The translations under genes were made by a program, and so were the position numbers. Positions 54,701-64,000 of a DNA stretch of 64,000 nt are shown here, piece after piece. Position 1 is the first letter of the stretch, and every line of letters starts with the position of its first letter. The notes beneath the pieces are model-generated. The model made no database searches. It was not told where the DNA came from and saw only the letters and a list, made by a program, of their open reading frames with translations. Origin of the DNA: Mytilus californianus (Eukaryota). Where the stretch lies: the NCBI RefSeq assembly GCF_021869535.1, contig NW_026262672.1:5518001-5582000 (forward strand), written 5' to 3'.

Positions 54701-56426
54701 TAATGCTTGTTTTAGGTCACTTTTTGGCCCCTACTTCCTGAACGTTTGGGGCTATTACCCCCAAACTCAATCCCAACCTTCCTTTTGTGGTATTGAACCC
54801 TCTGGTAAAATTTTATAGCGATTCATTCACTTAAACTTAAGTAATTGTCTGGAAACCAAATGTGTCTTCGGACAACGACATGATAGCAATATACGAACTC
54901 AAATAAAAATTTGCGGTCGTATAAAAAGTCTTAAACAAACAGTTTGCAATGCATGGACTCGATAATATGTATCTGTGTTTCGTGTGTATTTTATATAAAT
55001 TTTGCGGTCGTATAAAAAGTCTTAAACAGTTTACAATGCATGGACTCGATAATATGTATCTGTATTTCGTGTGTATTTTATTTTATTACATATATCGTAC
55101 CTAATGCCCCTTTCAAGTATTATCAATTATAATAATTTTGCAACTTACATTTAAGTTTAATACATATATTCTCTACCATCTCCTTCTTTTAATATTAAGG
55201 ACAATCCATGCATGAAGAAACCAAGCCATGGCCCTGGGCATGGGGATTGCTGTGATGTACAGCAACGTATCTTAAATCTAAAAAAGAAAAAAAAATTATG
55301 TTGATTACAAATGTATCTGAGATTTTCGCTGTGGTTTAAACTCTTTGTATTGCAACAGCACCGACAAGGACACAAGAACAGCAATGTTAACTAATTTTTC
55401 TATTCTTATAGTTTAAAGATAATCATATATTTGGTTATAATACTTTAAGGTTGACACCTCATGGAGATTATCCTTACGTACTATAGTAATCAAAAATTTT
55501 CCAGCCGCCTTCCTGTAACAGTGCAAGGCCGTTCTATTTCATATTAAAAGTTTAGGTAATTCGAACCGGGCATATTGAAAACTAAGTCGGATTAGTCCTA
55601 TAAAAATAAAAATATGTGGTATAATTGCCAATTAGAGAACTCTCCATAAGACACCAAATGATACAGAAATTACCAACAGGGGCGGATCCAGCCATTTTTA
55701 AAAGGGAGTTTCTAATCCAGGATAAAAAGGGGGGTCCAATTATATGTCCCCCTTTAAATGCATCAGTGATCGTAAAGAAGGGGGTTCCAACCTCAATACC
55801 CCCCCCTCTGGATCCGCCACTGACCAACTACAAAATGATGAACGAAATACAAATATGATATACAGCGACAAACGGCAACCACTGACATACATGCTCCTGA
55901 CAGACACATACAGAATGTGGAGGGGTTTTTGTTAGCAACAACCTGCCCCTGAGCTGGGACAGTTGTTGTGTAACAGTAAAACATAAGAATGAACTATAAA
56001 AATCAGTTGAAAAAGGATTTACTCAGCAGATGAATACAAAGCTGAAATATTTCTTAAAAAATCCACAGAGTTGGCGTGACAGGGAAACATAGCCTTTTTG
56101 TTTGCTTGTTGATATTTTAATCATGTTAATGATTCCTTTGGAATGTAAACATTATCTTTTAATCATAATTTTGTCAAGATCTTCAACATAACTGGATTCA
56201 AGTTCCAGTAAAGAAACGGGTATGAATTTTACAGCTGAGAAGTAACTTTCCATCATTGAAAATCATGAAAAGAAATAACAGTAATAATCATTATCATTCT
56301 ACAATTCCATATAGTGAACATCTTTATGCCTTATAAGTGTTTGTTATTTCGTCCAAGAACAAATTATTAATAATATTCAGATAATACTATTTACGTAATT
56401 TTATATATAAAAAAAAAAAAAAAAAA

Positions 56427-56497
56427 CAGAATCTGAGGTTCGAACTTTACCCGTCTAGGATGGGAAGCAGCGATGTGTACCATTGCGCCACGGCGGC
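56427..56497 (-). other. tRNA-derived sequence (SINE head or tRNA pseudogene)
   Basis: A-box-like TGGCGCAATGG and B-box-like AGTTCGAACCT followed by a long T run. The acceptor stem does not close. Confidence 0.45.
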
Positions 56498-57500
56498 AGA
56501 TCACTTGTATATCGTAATTTTGATGTACTTAAATTTTCTGTCAAAATCAAGTGACGAGTATATTTTTCTTAATTCAGTTGATAAACCAAATAAATTTATC
56601 GGGGTTGGTTACTTTTTACAAATATCGAAGTTGAAACAAAAAATACGTGTATTTTACCGCATAGTATTTTCTACAGAAATATTTTTTACCATTGTTCTGA
56701 TCATGATCGTCTGCCGCTTCCCTATCATCACAATGAAACTCTCAAGTTTATCGGCGATTTGTTGCTCTGTTTACAAAATGTTTTTTAACAGATTTCTGAT
56801 AAAATTATCTTTCAATTTATATAAAAAATATTGTGAAGTACATACCTTTGTTTTTCGGCTCTCCAGGTTGCTAATGTAATCTATCGTGTCAGTTCCTTCC
56901 GATAGAAACAGAGTCACAAAATAAGTCTTACAACCCGGCAGTTCGAAATGAACTATTGATTGGTCATTAAATAAAATTCGTAGTTGATATCCATGTATTT
57001 CTATCACTGGAAAAGTCCACATAAGTCTTTTAACTTAATCTACGTGTATGAAAATGAGCTTGGAAAAATGTACGTAAATTCGGGAAAAAAAACCGAGTTC
57101 ATTCCGTCAACCGGTAAAAAGTAAGTTATGGGGCAAAATTCCGGCAGTTTTTTTTAAATTTCAGTATGAGCGGACGATCGCCCCAAAAAGTCCTTTTGCA
57201 AGATGATACAAACTTACATTTTTGACAATATCTGAAAATATCTTCTTGGGGCGAGCGTCCGCTCCTATTTAATTCATTCGATATTACAGTTAAGTACTTA
57301 CGATTTTGTTGTTTTTGCGTTACTAGGCAAAGAAAAACGTGTCGTTTTGATTGTTAACAGTTTGAAATATTCGGACTTCAATGGTGTTTATGTTAGTTCG
57401 ATATTTATGGAAGTTAAAAAACATATATTTCATAAAAACAATTGTCTTTAATTTTTCACTAAAATAGGGGGCCGATCACGTAGCTTATCATACCTTCTCC

Positions 57501-57600
57501 TTTGTGTATCAGATGTTGTTTCGATGGGTCTTTGCTGATTTTTGTCATAAATTGTAACTCATAGCAATACAAAAAAAGGTCCGCAATAAGTGGTGCACAT
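57501..57600 (-). pseudogene. Upstream part of the Penelope-like RT, separated by the Spy-like insertion
   Basis: Reads CAPLIADLFLYCYELQFMTKISKDPSKQHLIHK and joins in frame to FNNTFRYLDD at 48804. Confidence 0.9.
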
Positions 57601-59108
57601 ATTTATTGCATTGCATTACATATACATTGCATAACATTACATATACATTGCATTACATAACATAACATAACATAACATAACATAACATAACATAACATAA
57701 CATAACATAACATTACATTACATTACATTACATTACATTACATATACATAACATATACATATCATAGCATATACATTACATATACATTGCTTTACATTAC
57801 ATATACATGGTATTACATTACATATACTTTACAATACATAACATATATTACACTACATTACATTATATTATATTACTTATAAATTGCATTACATTACGTT
57901 AAATATACATAACATATAACATATTCATTACATTACATAACTTATATATTACTTTACATAACGTCACATATGTGCTTCCTTACAGACATACACACATTCA
58001 TGAATACATAAAACAGTGTACATAAATGCAAACTTGCATGCAAAATATCATTGCATTACATTTATATTACATTACATTTACATAACATTAACATTTTAAT
58101 GACGTTTAATCACCTTTTGTGAGCTTCAACTATATTGTAAACACAAATATAGTTTTGTCCAATCAAGTCTGTCGTGGCATCATAACTAATTTTAAACATT
58201 TCATGTTACATATAAACATTGACTATGTTTGGTACATTATATTTGATTGTATTTTACATTGAAGATACATTGTTCTTATTTATCTTTCAAACCCAAACTC
58301 CTGAATTGTAGCATACACTGTTGAACATTATCTGCCAATTGCGAATAGTTTATTCAACAGACATTCGGCTTAAGGTTGCGGACACCTTGATCAAATTTGT
58401 AATAAACTAAATTAACATTAACAATTAACAATTAGGATGTTTTAAAGTTAATTGTAAGATCAAACAAGCATTTGGCTTAAGATTGCAGACACCTTGATCA
58501 GATGTATAATAAGATAACATAATCATTTACAATTTTTCTAAAGTTCTTAACTTACAAATGACAACGATCTTGGAAGCATGGTTTGAGGACCGCGATTATT
58601 TCATGTTATATGCTGAAATTTCATTTATCTTCCTGAGGAAACTGCGTGTTTACCTACACAAAAATACAATAATTTCTTTGATTTTTATAATTAAAATAAC
58701 AATCATTTTGCTCGATTATTATACCTCTTGTTTTGCGAAAATAAGACGAAAATAAATGAAAGTAAAAGTATGCATTCTTAACAGAAAACCAGTCTCATTG
58801 AAGTATTAAGCCCCCGTTAAGGGTTGGAGTTAATTCTAAGGTATCCAAAAGAGGGACGAACGATACCAGAGGGACAGTCAAACTCATAGATCGAAAACAA
58901 ACTGACAACGCCATGGCCAAAAATAAAAAGACAAACAGACAAATAATAGTACAGATGACACAACATAGAAAACCAAAGACTAAGACTAAGACTAAGTTGT
59001 ACTTGAAAGTTGAAACACTTACACATGTAAGTTATTACATTAACTATGTGTGGCTTGTCAAATAGTAATAAAATAATAAAGATAACATCATTCATGTTTG
59101 TCTTCTAG

Positions 59109-62100
59109 ATATTGATGATGATAAAGAAGACCGAATAAAGAGAGCACTTACTCCAAATGATAATTCAAAAATTACAACAGAGGATTATAGAGAGAAGGAT
59201 TTGGCTGAATTAGAAAAAATACAAAAAACTGGTAGCAATGCACTAGATAAAATGTCAAAAATCGAAAATAAATTATCCCCGGTAGACATTACACATGATG
59301 TATCTGGTCATAAGAAAGACATTACGGAAATGTGCGTAGATGCGACAAAGGGAGACACTATAACGCATCATGAGGAACTATCTGACAAAGAAAATATTGA
59401 CGAAAATATAGATGATAATGGGCCTTCGTTATTGGTTATGCCTGAGGATTTGATGTCTCATGTGCTAACTTACTCAGCTACAAATACTTCATCGAACCTT
59501 TATGCATTATGTGAATTATGGGACTTTGCAGGACAAAAGGAATTTTATGCTACACATCAAGCATTTTTGACAAGTAATGCGGTATACCTTGTTGTTGCAG
59601 ATATGAATAGCGATATCAGCAAACAAAGCACTAGTCAGTGTTTTGCTAATTTTCAGGATGTTGGAGGTAGTGTGCTTAGAATTATCAAAGGGCGGGTATG
59701 CAGAACACTTTAATACAACGGATGTTTACGATATCATTTATCAAGGGGGGATACCTGATTGATAACGGATGCAGATGTCATCCTTTTTCGGATTTTCAGT
59801 TTTTTTTTTGTATTAATCAGTGTATACATTAATATCACCATACGACCATCCATGTTATTGTTACTTCAGATAACATTGACTTCTGACAAAAATGCGAAAT
59901 CTAATTAATGTGATTGCAAGCTTTAATGAAGGAGTTAAACTCATCATCTACGCAAGACGCCGATTGGGCTACAAAAGACTCATAAGTGACGCTCGAATCA
60001 TAAAAAATGAAAAAGTAACATAAAATAGCTGACGAGCAGTGAGGATTCAAAATTCTAAAAGATTTGCCATATACAGCTAAGATAATATAATTATGGGGTA
60101 GAAAATCCGAAGTGTTTCGAAAAGTTCAAGGTGAATTATTTTTTAAATTATGAAGTTGAGTTGGCAAATTTGCTACCATAGCTACCATAGTTGCAAATGT
60201 TTGAAAGAAATTATGTTCTAGACCGGTGGTTTTAGACATTTTTTAGTGTACGTTTAAATGAAAAAAAATATATCATAATTACTATTCTTATAAGTTAAAT
60301 TCTTTACACTTCCTTTTCAACAACATGAACAATGTTGATCTGTTTCAGGGTATGTTGATTTTTGGTTTGATTCTATCCATTGTCATCGAACGGTCGACAA
60401 TCCAGTGACTGAGCACTTTGAACCTCCTATTCTATTAGTTTTTACTGGAAAGGATAAATGTGACAAGGTAATGAAATTTTAAAAATGTGTTTCTCAGTTT
60501 TACGTGATATATATATAAAAGACTTGAATTATTAATATCTGTGCATGATCAGAGCGCCATTACAAAATTAAGATGTGGTATGTTTACCAGTTATATAGCT
60601 CCGTATAAAAACGAAATGACAATGATGTAAGGATATTTAGTTAACAAACGCATACAATAACATAAGTTGTAAAAGGCTCTCGGATATTAATATTCGAAAT
60701 ACGTGTACTTTAAAAGAGTTAATCAAAGGCTTGAACATCGATTAACTACTGTCGCTATAATCAATTTTCTTTCATTATGAAAATAAGAAAATGTGGTATG
60801 ATTGCAAATGAGACTTCTTTCGTAGAGACCAGCTGACATTAATGTGTAGAATAACAGATCACCGTACGGCCTTCAACAATGTGCAGAACGTGTACCGTTT
60901 AAGATGCTATAAATATGGTTTGTTTTATAGTTTTCTGGAGATCAATTGATATATTGGAATAAGAATAAATGTCGTACACTGTTAAGAGTTATAAAGTTGA
61001 AAACTCTTCATTTTCTGTTAAAGTATTAACCAAGATCATCTTAGATTCCTTTGTTTTTTGCATGTAGGCACAGTTTACAAAAAGAAAAGAGGAGCTTGAT
61101 AAACAAATAGATGAAGTTTTGGGACACAGAAGCAAATATCATCACTTGCACGAAAAGTTTTATTTGTCAAATACAGAAGATTCTGAGGAAGAATTCTTAA
61201 CGTTACAAAACGCAATCTTCAAGACTGCCAGAAAAATGGATATTTGGGGTAAAGCTTTTCCGTTAAAATGGATTCTTTTAGAGCAATTGATTGAATTAAA
61301 TAAAGACAATGGGAAAAATTTTATCACTTTTACTGACATGGTCAATATGGGTAAACATCCTGATATCAATATACTAAAAAAAAAAGATTTGTTGATGTTT
61401 CTTAGATTTCAACATAATGTAGGGAATGTTATTTTCTTTGAAAATATTCCGGATTTAATCATACTGAAACCTCAATGGTTGGCTGATGCTTTCCGATGTT
61501 TTGTCTCAGATAGAGTTGATAACAGTAGATTGCACCACCTTGACGACTGGATATTGTTCAAGCAATATGGCAAAATAAGTGAATCTTTAATAACAAAACT
61601 CTTCAAATCAAAACAAGGAAGTCAGTTTTCAGGACAAAAGGTGAATTTGCATAAAATTATGGAAAAGCTTGACATATTGGTCAGAATTGAAAACTCTCGC
61701 TTTTATATGATGCCAAGCAAGATGCCTGCTTCTGCTTTTGAAGATGTATGCAAAAGTGTTAACATTCGAACAGAAGGATGTAAAAGGACTTCGTGGCTGT
61801 GTTTAAAATTTGATTTTCTTCCACCTTCTTTCTTCAACCATCTTTCTGCCTGGTTTATCAGACACTACTATCCTAGCAAAGTGGACAGTGCTAGTGGATC
61901 ATTTGCTTTATACCGCGGAATTTGTATGTTTGACATTGATAGATCTGGTTGTGAAAAGATTCTGGTTACAATGTCGACTGATATAATTGCTCTGCAGGTT
62001 GTTTCTTTTTCCAAACAACAAAGAGAAGTCGGAGATACGTGTAGTAATATCTACAATAAAGTGAAAGGGGTAGTTGAAGAAATAAAAGAGAGTTATAGGG

Positions 62101-62262
62101 TAAAATTATCATTTGGACTCAATTTCAAATGCAGTGATGGCGATTTTTATAAAGATACTTTTGACTATGACACTTTGACAAATAACCAGGAGTGTTTCTG
62201 TCCACAGCATAAAACAGTACATTTATCTGAAAAGTTATACGCGCCTTGGATGAAGACTGAGG
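59109..62262 (+). CDS. ROCO-family (Roc-COR) protein, 3' exons only
   Basis: Predicted exons about 59109-59668 (CELWDFAGQKEFYATHQAFLT, Roc G3), 60350-60467 (YVDFWFDSIH..PPILLVFTGKD, G4) and 61069-62262 (COR: FPLKWILLE, FLRFQHNVGNVIFF, ILKPQWLADAFRC). A tiny last exon (VQ*) may lie at 63813-63821. The P-loop exon was not found. Confidence 0.85.
59948..60130 (-). repeat. Degenerate retrozyme/hammerhead-family repeat
   Basis: Minus strand GAGCGTCACTTATGAGTCTTTTGTAGCCCAATCGGCGTCTTGCGT is a mutated version of the motif at 63568-63611, with both core boxes damaged. Confidence 0.65.
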
Positions 62263-63567
62263 TATGTTTTTAAAACGGGATATTTGAGAAATGGTTGGAT
62301 AACCATTTGTATACATCAATCTTCCTATAGAAAAAACAAAAATTAAGATTGATTGGCTTAAAAGGTATTAACCCTATTTGAATAAATTAAAAACAGGTTT
62401 GAAAAAAATAAATGCAGTTTAATATATTGTAAAATATTTTAAATCAAATAAATTATACTAATTCAAGACCTGCTTAATCCCCGTTTAACTAAATAACCAC
62501 GCCCCTGTTAATCACTTTCATCCTTTTGGTATGACTTGTTTAACTGTCCACGTCGTTGTGTTCATATTCAGATCTCTGAACAGATTTGAAAATATTATCG
62601 ATTTTCAGTTCAGTAATATTCGTTTAACAAAAATAATGATTAAGTACAAACAACATTACTTGTAGACAAAATCAATTGTATACAAATAACATAGACATAA
62701 TGCTAAAAGTTAATTTATAATATTCACAATGTTGTCAGCTTTTAATCAAAGGTTTAAATAAGCAATGCCTTGGACAAGTTCGAAAATCAGTGCTGATTAA
62801 ATATTTAATTATATCCCTTTGGAAATATTAACTATATTGCTCTTAACCCTTCACTTCTATAAGATATTTATAAAATGTTTTAAAGAACAAAGTTTTTTTT
62901 TCAGTTATTGCTCTTGGGTACATAAAAAATGTGCAACACGGGGACATTGGAGCTATGTTCTTTTATAAAATTTAATTTAACAAATTTATTTACTCTAAAA
63001 TATCCTCAAAATTTCCACTACTAGTATAGAAGAAAGATATCAATGAAAATGACCGAAATCGGGTGGACAAATACACGACTTAAGAAAAAAAAATGTAAAT
63101 GTTAACTCTTAAAGTTGTTCGATATACAAAAGATATTTGTCCCTCTGGTATCTTTCGTCCCTCTTTTTGCAATTGGACATAATTTAGCAAACAACTATCA
63201 TTCAATTTTAAGGAAGCGCGATACTTATAGACAAAACCGGACTATCAAGTTAAATAAGATGAACATTTATACGACAATTCTTACTCAAACACTTAGGTTT
63301 ATATACACTGTAAACATTACTATTTGGTGATCAATCTATATGAGTATTGAAGACAATATTCAGATAGATAAGGCTGTTCGTGAGTACATTAAAAATCAAG
63401 AAAAATTTGTATAGTGAAATATATTGTATTGTCCGAAACTAAATAAAATTGTTACTTTGTATATATGTATTTTATTTTATATTCATGTTCTTAGACCCCA
63501 ACCGGCTGAAAAATAGATCAACTTGCAACATAAATAGCTATCAAAGGTACCAGACTTATAATTGAAT

Positions 63568-63611
63568 ACGCCAGACGCGCGTTTCGTCTACATAAGACTC
63601 ATCAGTGACGC
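63568..63611 (-). ncRNA. Type I hammerhead ribozyme (minimal, retrozyme/Penelope type)
   Basis: Minus strand GCGTCA-CTGATGA-GTCT TATGT AGAC-GAAA-CGCGCG-TC-TGGCGT: intact core, 4-bp stem II, palindromic minimal stem III, GTC cleavage triplet and 6-bp stem I. Confidence 0.9.
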
Positions 63612-64000
63612 TCAGAATAAAATAAAAGAGAAAATAAATGACAATAATTGACATTTAAAAGCAAACAAAACTAATAAATGCACCTCTATTTTCTATATCA
63701 TTCAAACCTCTTTTTTTTTTAATTTTGTGTTTACATTCTAAATTCTTTCTTGTATTATTTATGTTTTTTAAAGTAATAATATGGTTATTTACTCACTGTC
63801 GTTATTCTTCAGGTGCAATAAATTAGTTAAAATAAGTACATGACATCAAACATGTTGTTTTGGAAAAATGAGTTATTATAATAATAATATTGAGCAGCTG
63901 ACTGGAGACATTTTAATTTAATGTAAGGCCTCTTAATCGATATTAGAATTTATTAATATTATTAGAATATTACTTATTTTTTTCTGAGTTGAATTACTTG

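Larger units (their letters stand above)
48805..57500. mobile_element. Spy-like (PIF/Harbinger-ISL2EU group) DNA transposon, 8.7 kb, no TSD
   Basis: Perfect 17-bp TIR GGAGAAGGTATGATAAG. Flanked by AAA on the left and TTT on the right. Removing it restores the RT reading frame. Confidence 0.88.

Noticed and set aside
53469-57022. Possible second gene inside the Spy-like element (fragments near 53560-53690, 55150-55400, 56040-56250, 56600-57020)
   Set aside because: The fragments are short, interrupted by stops and show no motif I recognise.

Overview
AT-rich metazoan DNA, inferred to be bivalve (Mytilus-like) from its repeat families, made almost entirely of nested mobile elements. The main observation is a 26 kb CACTA/EnSpm (CMC) DNA transposon at 15019-41062. 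It has CACTGCA termini, a TTT target duplication and subterminal arrays at both ends that share one motif. Inside it are three genes: a transposase with one nonsense codon, a predicted 7-exon accessory gene with one frameshift, and an apparently intact 5-exon gene encoding a Ki-67-type FHA domain plus a short basic tail. The window also holds a decayed BEL/Pao LTR retrotransposon, five copies of a SINE-like element with no tRNA head, a Spy-like transposon inserted without a TSD into a Penelope-like (Naiad-type) RT, hammerhead ribozyme motifs, Helentron/HINE-like elements, many MITEs, a CATTA satellite and the 3' part of a Roc-COR (ROCO) gene. All splice models and family assignments were made by eye and from memory of family motifs; no searches were run.
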